This document shows, one piece after another, positions 28,811-42,960 of a DNA stretch of 64,000 nucleotides (its first letter is position 1; each line of letters starts with the position of its first letter). This DNA is from Octopus vulgaris (taxonomy: Eukaryota). The notes under the pieces were generated by a model. That model ran no database searches. It saw only the letters and a list, made by a program, of their open reading frames with translations, and was not told the DNA's origin. The position numbers and the translations under genes were made by a program. Where the stretch lies: the NCBI GenBank assembly GCA_951406725.2, contig OX597822.1, positions 81,282,001-81,346,000 on the forward strand, written 5' to 3'.

Positions 28811-29792
28811 TGTATATCATACGTACCTATATGCTTTTGTGTATGTATGTGTATATTGAGATATATATGTATGTACGTATATGAGTTTATATATATGCGG
28901 GCACGTATATATGTATGTGTGTGTATGTATTTATGTGTATGTGTATGTATATATGTATTTAGTTATGGGCGGGTTTGGGTATCTGTGCGTAGCGGTATGT
29001 ATGTATATGTGTATCCGTGTCGGCACTTTTATACGGGTGTATATATATGTGTGCGTGTGTATATATATGCATGCATATGTGTGTGTATGTGTGTGCGTGG
29101 GCGTGTACATGTATGTATATATATATACGTTGACTGATAATAATACGGTCCCAGACGATTTTTATGAGAAAGCAGATAAACATTTAGACACTCACCAACT
29201 TGAGCAGACAACTTAAACTGACCATCCGCCTGCCCTCATACAGCTCCCCTGATAATTAAGTTTTAATTTATGACACCCACCAATACATCCTAAAGCTTCA
29301 CTAACAGGCATATATTTTTTCTGTACCTTTATCTTTATGTCCACCTTTTTTATTTTTTTATCCCTTTATATTTTTATTTTTCGTCTTTATTTTTTCGCCT
29401 CTTTATCTTTATTTATTTATATTTCCATGTTATTTTTCACATCTACACTGTCACAATGCAGCTCTAGAACTTCAGACGAGACATACAACATCCTTTGTAT
29501 CTTTATATACTTATACACTGATTTTTTGACATTTTTACTTTTTTTATATTTTTACTCTGTGACCCCAAACTCATTAAAGATTCACCCCCTTCCACTCCTT
29601 CCCTCTTTATCTCAACATCCAACCTCTTCATTCTATACCGAGTGAAAAAACGGCATGGACGTTTTGTTTTGGTGTCTCGCTTTGCTATATACGACTATGA
29701 GGATTTGCATCCCCAACGTAACTCGTCTTTTTCCCAAACTTCTCCTCAAACCTACTATAATGTAATACATGTCTTTGGTGTGGTAATTGTGC

Positions 29793-29879
29793 GCGGCTGA
29801 GGAAGGCTATTGACATACATATTACATTAATTATGCATTGATATAAACTGTCCAATAAAACCAGAAACATATGTACCGC
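29793..29879 (+). ncRNA. type I hammerhead motif with long stem II (same family as 9625/9882)
   Basis: GCGG-CUGAGGA-A-GG..UAUUG-ACA...UGU-C-CAAUA..CC-A-GAAA-CAUAUG-UA-CCGC. Confidence 0.7.
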
Positions 29880-30467
29880 TAAATCCTTTGCATCCTGTTT
29901 TTCTTTTGATATATATATATATATGATATGATATATATCTGACACCAACCTCATCTCTTTTCATTTGATTCCACATGAATTCCCACTCACCTCCCATATT
30001 GAACTGCCCACTCCGCACACACTACCACCGACCACTTCTCAGCAGCCACACCACACAACATCATACACACTCCCACACCAACACAAGCACATAATTCCTG
30101 AACACAGGCTATATATACACATACATGCAACAGGCATAAACACACGCAACACACATAAACAAAGATAACTTTCACCAACAAGCATTCAGATTATTCGGTC
30201 ACAGAGACACACATACACATGTGCGCACACCACGTGAAAAAGCACACATCAACTGCTACACACACACGCACGTTACACAAACACACATGTCAGACTCACT
30301 CGCCCCCAATCACATATACACCTTACATTCTCACATACACACACATACAAACTTGCGCACCTTAGTTTGTTGGGATCACCATTATTGTCTGCCTTTCAGT
30401 CAACATTTTTTTATTATTATCTCTCTTTCATTCAGCCTCTTTTTTCCAGTCATTCGCGATTTTGACC

Positions 30468-30662
30468 GCCAGACTCTACACAGTTATTCTCTCTCCGTTT
30501 TTTTGATTTCATTCACTCTCTTCATTTTCTCTTCTTCTTTTGTGTCGAAGAGCGTAGGCTCGAAACGTAGAAGACTTTTCCATTTTTTTCCGAGCGTCAA
30601 TCTAATACACTTACTTGTTGCTCTTACACCTGTCTTCGTCTTTTGTTTTTTCTGTAAATTTA

Positions 30663-30697
<35 letters not shown>

Positions 30698-30801
30698 TAA
30701 AATCAAATTGACAATGTTCATTTTTATACTTATTCCATTTGCCAACATTATAAAGAGGGTAGGTATATAGACAGAGAGGTGAATTTCATCAGTAAAGACA
30801 T
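30468..30801 (+). repeat. right arm of inverted repeat; hammerhead element 30468-30666 plus (TA)n plus flank
   Basis: GUGUCGA-A-GAGC-GUAG-GCUC-GAAA-CG-UA at about 30542-30569. Confidence 0.9.
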
Positions 30802-31379
30802 CGCAGTAAAAGATCTTTACTCATGGGTAGATTTCCTATCACTGAATTTACTTTGTTATTTATATTTACCATTGGGGAGGGAGTTTCTATTAAGTTCAGT
30901 GGAGACAATCAAGAATTTATCTATCTATGGATAGAGGAAGGGGCAGTTTAAGTAGCAGAGCCATAAATCCAACTCTTTTATGAAGAACTGGTACATCTGA
31001 ATGTAAGCTAAAGTTAGTAGGCTAGCCTACTAACTTTTGCTAAAATACAGCAGAAATGCTTTGAGAATTCTATCATGAATAAAATAAAGAAAATATTTAC
31101 ATATTTATCAAAACATGTAGCCAGTTTCCATTGTTTCTAAATGAGTTTAGTCATACTATATGAGAAGAAAAAACGAATTGAAATAAATTATATTAGCGCT
31201 TCCAGTATGACTAAATTTTCTTTAAAACTATTTAAAGTCTTGGTGTATCTTGCTCATGAAAACATTCTCAAACCATTTTCTTATTCCTTTAGAGAGAGAG
31301 GAAGAGAGAGGGGGAGAGAGAGACATGTGCATATGCAGACGAGATGTTTGCATTTGTTTTGAATATATATATATACGAT

Positions 31380-31845
31380 GTTTCTGTTTAGTTTCTGTCT
31401 ACCAAACGCACTCACAAGGCTTTGGTCAGCCCAGGCTATAGTAGAAGACATGGTGCCATGTAGTGAGACTGAACCCAGAAACATGTGGATGGAAACAAGC
31501 TTCTTGTGGAGGCACATGGCCTAGAGGTTAGAGCAGCCGAATCGCGGTCTGAGGATCGCGGGTTCGAATCTCAGACCAGACGATGTGTGTGTTTATGAGC
31601 GAAACACCTAAGCTCCACGCGGCTCCGGCAGAAGGTAATGGCGAAACTTCTACTGACTCTTTCGCCACAACTTTCTCTCATTCTTTCCTCCTGCATCTTG
31701 CAGCTCACCTGCGATGGACCGGCATCCCGTCCTGGTGGGGAACCTATACGCCAAGAAAGCGGGAAACCGGCCCTTATGAGCCAGCATGGCTCGAGAAGGA
31801 AAAACAACAACAACAAGCAAGCTTCTTATCACACAGCCATGCTTG
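31380..31845 (-). mobile_element. SINE type A 5' part, split by a nested SINE
   Basis: type A head sequence resumes at 31818 after the insertion. Confidence 0.75.
31506..31817 (+). mobile_element. full-length tRNA-headed SINE with (CAA)n tail and target-site duplication
   Basis: A box tggcctagaggttag, B box ggttcgaatct; TSD caagcttctt at 31496-31505 and 31818-31827. Confidence 0.9.
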
Positions 31846-32859
31846 CATCAGTGATTTATTCCTTTTCTTTCACAGTAAACTTTGACTACCCAGGCAAATA
31901 TTAAAACTATTTTTACCTGGAACGTATGTTGAATTTTTTCGATGAGGATCCAAAAGATGTGACGTACTTGACATCGCAGAAAATAATGTTTTTTATCTGA
32001 AAATATTACCTGCTAATTCCTCGGAATTCCTGCAGAGCTGTATATAAAGCTCCATGGTGTTTATCTACATTAACCTTGAAACTTCAAAAAAGCTAATGAG
32101 TTTTCTGGACAGTAATGTCTGTGATCAAAAATTCTCATTTATCTGATGTGACTTGCCTGACAAAAATGGATGCAACGTTTACAGGACAGATATTTTCTCC
32201 GTTTCCCAAACAGTTTAGACGTGGAAGAAATTGTCCCGACGTCGATATCTAGTCAAAAGTGAACAGTTTCAACATATCTTTATAGATATATAGTGATTAT
32301 TCTGGCTATTCTAAGAATTTTTGAAAATCTTAACCCTCTCAGACCGAGTCCCTGTGTCTAACTCCATCTTCTTCCTGGGTTCCTGAGCAAAAAATAAAGA
32401 GTTGTATATAGAGCACAAGAGTAACGATTGCAGACAAACAAATGGCGAGTAGTTTATTCCCGCCATAGCGGGAAGGAGATGTGACGGGGCTAACTTTCAT
32501 GAAAATGGCCGAATGAGGAAAATATATACTGACAACAACGGCAGACTATGCGACAAATATAACATCATTTTCAGCAGCCCAGGTCTTTACAAAGTCAGAG
32601 TGTGTCTTTGTTGGTACGATTGATTAAGTAGCTGTATCTACGGAGTAATATGGCCAACACTTTAACCTGGAAACAGAGATACTATAAGCATTTACCATAT
32701 TGGTTCTTGGCAACGATCTGACCACAATAATTTGGTAAATGGCTATCCAGACTGAAAATGTAATCTAAGCAAATCATCCATATGGGGGAACTATCACAGA
32801 TTTTGAAGTAGGAACTGATGTGAAAATGTTCAGGACTTGATGATAATATAGCAAAGAAG

Positions 32860-33340
32860 GAGGGGGAAGAAGGAGGAAGGAGGATGGAGGAGGAGGAGGA
32901 GGAGGAGGAGGAGGAGGAGAAGAAGAAGAAGAAGAAGAAGAAGAAGAAGAAGAAGAAGAAGAAAAATGGGAGAAGGAAGGGGGGTGGAGGAGGAGGAGGA
33001 GGAGGAGAAGAAGAAGAAGAAGAAGAAGAAGAAGAAGAAGAAGAAGAGAAGGAGGAGGGAGAAGAAAAAGGAGGGATAATAAGGAGGGGGAAGGGGGTGG
33101 AGGAGGAGGAGGAGGATTAGGAGGAGAGAAGAAGAAGAAGGAGGGGAGATGGAGGAGGAGGAGGAGGAGGAGGAGGAGATAGAAGAAGGGTGGAGATGAA
33201 GGAAGAGAGGGAGGGGAAGGATGGGGGAAGGAAGAGGGGAGAAGGAGGGGAGAAGAAGAAGAAGAAAAAGAAGAAGAAGAAGAAGAAGAAGAAGAAGAAG
33301 AAGAAGAAGAAGAAGAAGAAGAAGAAGAAGAAGAAGAAGA
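32860..33340. repeat. polypurine (GGA)n/(GAA)n tract
   Basis: direct reading. Confidence 0.95.
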
Positions 33341-33485
33341 TATTTGGTTGACTGTAGCATTAAACTAACGCCACGCAATTATTATCCCGACGGACGTGAT
33401 GATAATCATGATGATGATGGTGATGACAATGACAATAATGTTTATTATGATGGTGATGATAATAATGTATTAATTAATTGTGTTG

Positions 33486-33529
<44 letters not shown>

Positions 33530-33596
33530 ACTGTAAAGTCCTGTGGGATGAAATGATCAAGTATGATAGCATTATTATTAATATTAATTATTGCTA

Positions 33597-33644
<48 letters not shown>

Positions 33645-34212
33645 CATCATAATCATCATCATCATCATCATTGTTATTGTTGTTTCATTGTTATTCTTGT
33701 TGTGACGTTGTTGTTGTTTGTGTTATTATTCTGGTTGTGATGTTACAACGTGTAATCTCCGTCCTAAGTTGGATTAAGTTGTGATTTCTTATCAACGCAG
33801 AATTAACACAAATTTCAGCCCGAAGCCCGGCCAAACGAAAGTATAATCTCTCTAATGGTTCGGATTAATGTACAGGATTGTCAATTCTATTGGGTGCAGA
33901 TTAAATATGATTACGTCTACAACTGGATTTATATCAAAATATTACTGAGATGTAATCTAGTCAAGAATGATAATGAGGGGAATGGATAAAGCAGACGATA
34001 ACTAGGGGATTGTTTCAGATTGCATTCACCTTCTCGCCATCGACAACTCTACCCTTCCCTCTCTAGTTATCTCTTTCCTTCTCTTTGAGTCTTCCTTGCT
34101 TCATGTCGCTTCTTTCCTTTTTGTCTCTTACTTACACTCATTCTCTCTCTTATAACAGAAGCTCTATATTTCTATCTCTGTCAGTTAACAAGTCTTTCTT
34201 TTCTCTTTCTCC

Positions 34213-34270
<58 letters not shown>

Positions 34271-34362
34271 ACACACACACACACACTCACACATACTTTT
34301 TACACGGTAGAACTAGAGAAACAGATAGATAGATAGATAGAGACAGATAAAAATAGACAGGG

Positions 34363-34393
<31 letters not shown>

Positions 34394-34418
34394 TAGACAG
34401 ATAGACAGACAGACAGAC

Positions 34419-34503
<85 letters not shown>

Positions 34504-34724
34504 TGTATATGAATAAGTATATAAATACATTAACTTTGTATTTGGTTTGCTATATTCTTGATGTGAATTCGTGCATTGAAACACACTTTGCTGTGTCTTA
34601 GGAGAATCATTACGCCAATGATAACACACGCACTGATTCAATACCACTCCTGAAAGAAGCCCGCCGTATATAGTGTATGTGCGTGTGTGTGTGTGTGCAT
34701 ACATACGTGTAGATATATGTATAT

Positions 34725-34935
34725 GTGTGTTTGTGTGATTGTATTTGTCTCCCCACTATCGCTTGATAACCAATGTTGGTGTTTTTACGTCCCCGTAACT
34801 TTGCGGTTCGGCAAAAGAGACCGATAGAATAAGTACTAAGCTTACAAATAATAAGCCCTGGGGGGCGGATTTGTTCGACTAAAAGGTAGTGCTCCAGCAT
34901 GGATGCAGTCAAATGATTGAAACGAGTAAAAGAAA
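34725..34935 (+). mobile_element. SINE type A 3' half
   Basis: near-identical to 21885-22100. Confidence 0.85.
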
Positions 34936-35568
34936 AAATATAATATCTAAACGGGACGTAAAAGTGTAAAAGTAAATAAAGAACGAATGAAGGATATTAA
35001 GATAAAGAAGAAGGAAAGAAGAACAAAAGAATGAAAGAGTAAACGAATGAAAGAAGGAAAGAACGAGAATTAAAAGAAATAAAATATAACGATATAAGTT
35101 TAAAGTAAAAAAAAAGGAAGAAAAAGCTGAGCACATTGCAAATTAAGTGTTCAATGAAAGGCTTTTCCTTCTGGCGATGCACGGAATATATTTGCGCAGA
35201 ATCCTGGCCAAATTTAGGATGAGTGGAGCCAATGTATGTATGTGTGTATTTACAGAGAGAGAAATATTAAAATTCAAAATAATATTGGACATGGTTGCAA
35301 AGTTAACTTTGGATTAATCCCACTTGTGATAGAGAAGGAAGAAAGGGGAGATAATGGGAAAATTAATTTTACTAATATTAGGAGAAGCTTATGAAAATAT
35401 GCAATCATTTTCATTACATATACATAATATAAATACAATATACGTGTATATGCGTATGTGGGTATGCATCTTATTTTTGTATCTATCAAATTAGTTATAT
35501 ATTTGTATATATGCATACGTGTTCACATAGCTATTAATGAGTTGTTATATATATATGTGTGTGTGTGT

Positions 35569-35655
<87 letters not shown>

Positions 35656-35946
35656 CGCGCTTGCGTGATTGGATATTTATGTAAAGGTACAGTAACATAC
35701 ATTAGTTATATAAACATGCATAAACTTTCAGGCATTCATATATGGAAAACTTCTGAATCAACAACGTTGAAAAAGAAAGAGGCTGAGGAAAATCAATGAA
35801 TTGCGGTGCAGAAGTGACACGGAGCAATGCTTTCTTTCGATTGGCTGAGCACACTCCTGACGTAAAACCGTAAAATCTGAAATGGCTACATTCACATTCA
35901 CAAAGTGAAAAAAAAAGTGAATGTATGTATGTATTATGTATGTATG

Positions 35947-35980
<34 letters not shown>

Positions 35981-36180
35981 TGTATGTATGTATGTATGTA
36001 TGTATGTATGTATGTATGCATGTATGTATGTATGTATGTATACTTACAAGTTTGTATAAGTATATATATGTGTGTGTGTGTGTGTAAATGTGTGTGTGTA
36101 AATGTGTGTGCGTGTGTGTACTTGAAGGCACACCTGCAATTATATATATTAAAAATACATATACAAATATATGCATACGC

Positions 36181-36211
<31 letters not shown>

Positions 36212-36291
36212 ATATATACGCACCTGCACACACATACATAACACTATTTAGGTATTCATGTTTGTATATACCGATAAGCGTATACTAATAT

Positions 36292-36332
<41 letters not shown>

Positions 36333-36459
36333 CACAGGCCCACACACTTACGTACAGCCATGTATATACATGCATACGTACATGCACGTAAACGTGCAAG
36401 TATATGTATGCATATACATACAAGTATGTGTGTGTTCATGTATATCCATGTGCATACGC

Positions 36460-36533
<74 letters not shown>

Positions 36534-37086
36534 GTGCGAGTAAGCGTGCTAGCAAGCTTTCTAGTTCGCTTGTGTCTTGGCAGGCAAATCGATAGAAAAC
36601 TCATTTGATCTAAAATTTCGTCGAAGGAGAAAATTGCGTTAAGATCCATCCTTAATTCTCGACCGTCTAGCAGATTTGCAGCGTTCTGTTCCGCTTCTTT
36701 GATCAAATATGGGTTGATTTCTTACATATGCCTTTTGCAGTGGAAGCGATCTGTTCCAATTCCATATAATTTTATTACCATTTTTTCTTTATTTTCTATT
36801 GATTTTTTTTTTTACTTATTTTTTAATTTATTGATTTCCTATATATTTTAAATAGTTTTATTTATTTATTGATTGATTGTCGTTTGTTTTTATTTTAGTT
36901 TTTTGCTGTTATTCTGTTTGTTCAAGTTGCTGTTGCTGCCGTTTTTGTTCTCTTCGTATATATTCTGAATTAAGAAAAAGAGAGTTTCGTTAATATATAA
37001 AAAAAAAACACTTCAGAAATCATATATTGTTTATAACTTTTGTTATACATTATATTATATAATATTCATGTATATATATGTATATG

Positions 37087-37128
<42 letters not shown>

Positions 37129-37140
37129 TATACAAATATA

Positions 37141-37196
<56 letters not shown>

Positions 37197-37410
37197 TACA
37201 TACATACATATATACATGTCTATCAGTCTAGCTCTCAACCTAGCTATCTCTCTCGCTTTCTCTCTCACTCTCCTCTACTCCCCTGTATGTGTGCGTGTGT
37301 GTGTGTCGTAAAATTGAGGCAATTTTCGGTTACAATATATATTAAAAAAATAGATTTAGCGATTAAGACATTAATATAAATACATAGACAGAAAAGTAGA
37401 CACATATATT

Positions 37411-37534
<124 letters not shown>

Positions 37535-37537
37535 TAT

Positions 37538-37651
<114 letters not shown>

Positions 37652-37726
37652 TAGATAGATAGATAGATATGTATGTATGTATACATATACATATAAATAT
37701 ACATATACATATACATACATACACAT

Positions 37727-37814
<88 letters not shown>

Positions 37815-39399
37815 TTATATGTGTGTATTTATATATATTTATACATATATATTCACACGCCGTAGGTGAGCACGAAACTTATATTTTTTTAGTTATTTTT
37901 AAGCGAATTTCAAGTTGATTTTATTATCGCAGAACGTTGGGAATCACATGAAATTTGTATCTATTATTTTCTATATTTCATAAACATTTTTGTACATTTT
38001 AAAAAATCAGTGAGTTCTTTGCTTAGAATACTCCAAGCGTTGCACAGAATCATGCATTATTAAGTTGAGGTAAATGCCAGCATATATATATATATATAGG
38101 TAAATGGATAGCTATAGAGAGTGTGTGTTGAGATGTGGGAGAAGCATGCAAAAAACATTATCGTGTTTCATTTATACCAATATAAAATTGCAGGATATAA
38201 AACGAAAAATGTACGACAGAATTCCGGAAAAAATTGATTGAATGGAAAATCCGTTGATCAACTGAAGAGATTGGTAGAAATTGGTAAGAATGTGATAAAA
38301 TTTTGTTAAAGAATATAGAAACAGCTCTCCATATATCACAAAGTACTTTCTCTGTATGCATTAAATATAGCTTAAAGGAGCTAAACAAGAGAGGCAAAAT
38401 TAAAATCTTTCAATGCCCGCAAGAGGATAAATTCATCTACGTATCAAAACAAACTCTTAGCACCAACCCTATTGCAATCCTTAACTTGGTTCCAACTTTT
38501 AACTGCGACATAATTATGACCAAAATATGAAAAATGATTGAAACCAATTTAATATCCTGTGAAAAACAGAAACTTCATAGATATTAATAATAAACTGGAA
38601 GACCTATTTTATGGTGAATGTAACAAAAGTAGGGTTCTATAAAATAATAATCGAATAGTAGGTAAAAAAAAAATCTCTGAAGAGACATTGCAAGACATAA
38701 AATGATAACGACAACATAAGCTTGAAAGAGTGACATAATTGATGCTTTGCAATCAGGAACAGAAACGAGTATGATACAAAATTTACTTAGAAAAACTAAT
38801 TACAAGAATAAATACACAGACAGAATCACCTACTTTTTACACACTGGAGGAGATTTCTCCCCGAAACGTAAAACAATCACTCTTTTTCTTCTCTGAGCGT
38901 CTTATTAATACTTTTCACGTACTATGCCCAAGAGATAGATAGATAGATAGTTACATACATGCATACATATATGCATATAAATATATACGGACGTATGTAT
39001 GTATGTATGTATGTATGTATGTATGTATGTATGTATGTATGTATGTATGTATGTATACAACTATCTATTTTTCATAGACGGGAACTGATATGTGTGTGTA
39101 TATATATATATATGTATCTATCTCTTTCTCTCTCTCTCTCTCTCTGTCTATTTCTGTATGTATATATGTGTGTATGTACGTGTGTGTGTGAGTGTGTGTG
39201 TGTGTGTGTGAGTGTGTGTGTGTTGTTAGTCACAGTAAAAATACGTAAGCAAAACAGCTCCTGGGACCCATAATATCTTAAATAAATAGACTCATACATG
39301 CAATCGCCGAACAAATAGACGATAATGATATCAAATAATATTGGTCTAGTAATATAGTATAAGAGAGCGTTGTGTGAGGAACGTGAACAGATTTATGAA

Positions 39400-40880
39400 G
39401 AAACAGACACAATAGTTACCATCTCTACGTTAGAAGCAGAAAGTTTGTTTACAGATGTCTTAGTGCCAGAAGCGATAGAGAAGCTATATAAATATCCAAA
39501 AAGAAAGTCACCTGCGATAGCAACAAGCTTATTTTAAAAAGTAATTATGACGCGTAGAACTGAAGAGCCTTTTGGCTACCCACAAGGAAATTTATAGAAA
39601 TATATAACAGATGAAGTTGCCATGGGCTCCGCCTTAGGGCCTAAGTTTGCAACATTCTATTTATCCACAACTGAGAACAGGATAGTGCCAAAATATAAAC
39701 ACATTAAGTACACCAGATAATTATGTAATATACTAGTTGCAATGGTTTCATTAGAGGAAGTTGCGAAACTAAAGACTTAGAACTGGTAATATCGCAGGCG
39801 CAGGCGTGGCTGTGTGGTAAGAAGTGTGGTCCCAAACCACAGAGTCCCAGGTTCAGTCCCACTGCATGACATCTTGGAAAAGTGCTTTCGGCCAAAACTT
39901 TGTGAGTAGATTTGATAGACGAAAACTGAAAGAAGCCTGTAGTATTAATGTGTGTGTGTGTGTGTGTGTGCGTGCGTGCGTGTATTTGTGTCTGCGTGTA
40001 TGTGTCTTTGTGTCTGTGTTATCCATCACGCTTGACAACTGGTGGTGGTGTGTTTACGTCCTCATAACTTAGCCGTTCGGGGGGAAAAGGTTAATAGAAT
40101 AAGTACCAGACTTTAAAAAATTAAGTACCGGGTCGATTCGTTCGACTAAAATTCCTCAAGGTGGCGCTCCAGCATGGTCGCAGTCTAAAGACTGAAACGG
40201 GTAAAAGCTAAAATATGAAACCCTGTTTTCAGTCACAAACATGCAGATTGAGCGGGGGAAAGCATATCTTATGTCAGCTTATACCAAATGCTCAAACAAA
40301 TCTCTGTACTTACATGATGAAGAACGTGAACGGCCAAACAACTAAACGATGGCGGGCGGCGTAAATTTATTTCTTAAAAGAGCATTTACTTATATTATCG
40401 TTCACAAATAAAGTATCAGAGAAAGAAATGCACAAAACAAATATTAACAGCGGATATTCTAACAGATTTTGTAGATCGAATTATAGAAGAATACAGACAC
40501 AAATGCAGTTTGTGCTAGCCGCCGTTGAGATCTCAGGTGTTCTTGAACCCCGCACTGCTGATTTCCTTCGCAAAGTCGAGATAACTGTGGCCTGTCTCAG
40601 ACACGAACACCGTGAGGTGGGACGGCTGCTGGAGCGAGTGTCACCGGTCATCTCCATCTTTTAGGATACTAGTAACAAATGTAATCTAATTACAAAATTG
40701 AAAACGGTCAGGACTAGTTATGTTGGACATAATACCACAACACTCTATCACAGATTCACCATGCATTTACAAGAAGCTTTTGCAAACTATTATACCACAC
40801 TCCACAAAGTAATATTGAAAAGGTTAAGATTTCGGAATATAAGTTCAAATCTTTTGAGCGCTAAGTGTTTTCTATATAAA
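39400..40880 (+). pseudogene. highly decayed Penelope-like element (RT and GIY-YIG remnants), interrupted by a SINE
   Basis: 'STLEAESLFTDVLVPEAIE' (about 39424-39480), 'DEVAMGSALGPKFATFYLS' (about 39610-39666), 'SYVGHNTTTLYHRFTMHL' (about 40716-40770). Confidence 0.7.
39795..40210 (+). mobile_element. SINE type A
   Basis: full layout. Confidence 0.85.
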
Positions 40881-40904
40881 GATTGTCTCGACCTCATCTA
40901 TTAA

Positions 40905-40986
<82 letters not shown>

Positions 40987-41412
40987 CTCTCTCTCGCCAT
41001 ATATATATATACGCAAAAATATACATATGCCTATTTGTATACATGTATGCATATAGAAATGTTCTTATCTGTGTATGAGCGTACGTGCATGTACATGATG
41101 AGAGAAAATAGATATTTTGCTTGATAGACAGATCAGCCATCTCTTAATTTTCATGAACAGAGACAGTCTCTACCATCCATCCTACCACTGCACCTCTTTA
41201 ATTTTCACCACTCCTTACAGATACTTTCTTATCACATCTTTTATTCAGGGTCAATATCTATCTAACGCAGACGACCTTCTCCATCTTGGAAGACTTCCAC
41301 ATACAGTTTCTCTCTATACAAAAATAGGAATTACTACCTCTTCCCATCTTTCTAATTTATGAACAAAGCTGGCCGTAATACCTGACTCGTTACATGTCTC
41401 TCTCTCTCTCCC

Positions 41413-41445
<33 letters not shown>

Positions 41446-41599
41446 TTCTCTATCTATCTATCACTCCCTCACTCTTTCTCTTGTTTTCTTTCTCTCTCGT
41501 TCTCTCCTTTCTCGGTAGTTGTATACACACAGATACCAAATACAAACACGCACACACACACACACGCACACACACACATATGTTATATACGTATATAGC

Positions 41600-41806
41600 T
41601 TTTATTTTTTGCCTGTTTTGGTCAATAGACTGCGGCCATGCTGGGGCATCACCTCGAAGAATTTTAGTTGAAAGAATCGACACCAGTAATTAATTTTTTA
41701 AAGCCTGGTACTCATTCTATCGGGCTCTGTTGTCGGACCGCTAAGTTACGGAGACGTAAACACAGCAACACCGCTTGTCAAGGGGTGGTGGGGGACAAGC
41801 ACAGAC

Positions 41807-41808
<2 letters not shown>
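41600..41808 (-). mobile_element. SINE type A 3' half
   Basis: 'gactgcggccatgctggggcatc' is the reverse complement of the tail. Confidence 0.8.
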
Positions 41809-41847
<39 letters not shown>

Positions 41848-41852
<5 letters not shown>

Positions 41853-41965
41853 TGTATAGAGGGCATTATTACACATAAATGCCTCACACTAAGAGGGACA
41901 AAGTCATTACTTTGTCCCTCTTAGTGTGAGGCATTTATGTGTAATAATGCCCTCTATACAATATA
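41848..41965. repeat. perfect 57-bp-arm palindrome with 4-nt loop
   Basis: 41848-41904 and 41909-41965 are reverse complements; loop catt. Confidence 0.95.
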
Positions 41966-42226
41966 GATATAATTAATTTGTTCAAAAGAAAAAAAATATT
42001 TTCGAATTCTTTTCTTTTATGAGGTTTTCACGCTAACTACCTGATAATTTCTTGTTACGATTCCTTATTAAGAAGTTATCCTTAATTGTTAAATTTATTC
42101 CGAAATACTTTTCTTATCCGACATGCAGTTCGAAAAAGCCCGCCATTTACCGGATATATGATTTATAAACATTCCATGTGCTTGGCCGGAGTGAATAGAT
42201 GTCTGTTCGTCTTCGCTAGGTAAGGT

Positions 42227-42960
42227 TGGTGGTTTATTTATGATGTGTTCAGAATCAGTTCTGCTGAGGATCATAGACGTAAGTTATATGTGAAATCACA
42301 TATAAGATTCCTTATTAAGAAGTTATCCTTAATTGTTAAATATATATATATATATTATAAAATGAGATAGGGGTTGAAAATTCAACCCACCATGGGATAA
42401 TATATATCCAATATACTGCTAGATAGGTACCCAACAAGACTAATACATAGATGTTAAAAATTGCCAAACAATCAGTTCATCTATTGTATTATATGGGTAA
42501 AGGTAATAATATTACCGTAAATTAATACTACAAAATTAGAGAATAGAGAAACATACTTAAATCAATAAAACATCAACTATCAGATGATACCCATGGTGGT
42601 TTATTTATGATGTGTTCAGAATCAGTTCTGCTGAGGATCATAGACGTAAGTTATATGTGAAATCACATATAAGATTCCTTATTAAGAAGTTATCCTTAAT
42701 TGTTAAATATATATATATATATTATAAAATGAGATAGGGGTTGAAAATTCAACCCACCATGGGATAATATATATCCAATATACTGCTAGATAGGTACCCA
42801 ACAAGACTAATACATAGATGTTAAAAATTGCCAAACAATCAGTTCATCTATTGTATTATATGGGTAAAGGTAATAATATTACCGTAAATTAATACTACAA
42901 AATTAGAGAATAGAGAAACATACTTAAATCAATAAAACATCAACTATCAGATGATACCCA
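42227..42960. repeat. apparently identical 367-bp tandem duplication
   Basis: 42227-42593 matches 42594-42960. Confidence 0.9.
42264..42305 (+). ncRNA. hammerhead-like motif (duplicated at about 42631-42672)
   Basis: CUGAGGA-U-CAUAGAC-GUAA-GUUAUAUG-U-GAAA; stems I and III degenerate. Confidence 0.45.

Noticed and set aside
31508-31580. tRNA gene-like sequence (also the heads of other SINEs)
   Set aside because: A and B boxes are present, but there is no complete cloverleaf and the sequence continues into a SINE body with tail and TSD.
36540-36770. Unique-looking segment with minus ORF 'IKEAEQNAANLLDGRELRMDLNAIF...' as a possible host exon
   Set aside because: In-frame stop just upstream, runs into (CA)n, no consistent splice pair and no recognisable domain; left unresolved.
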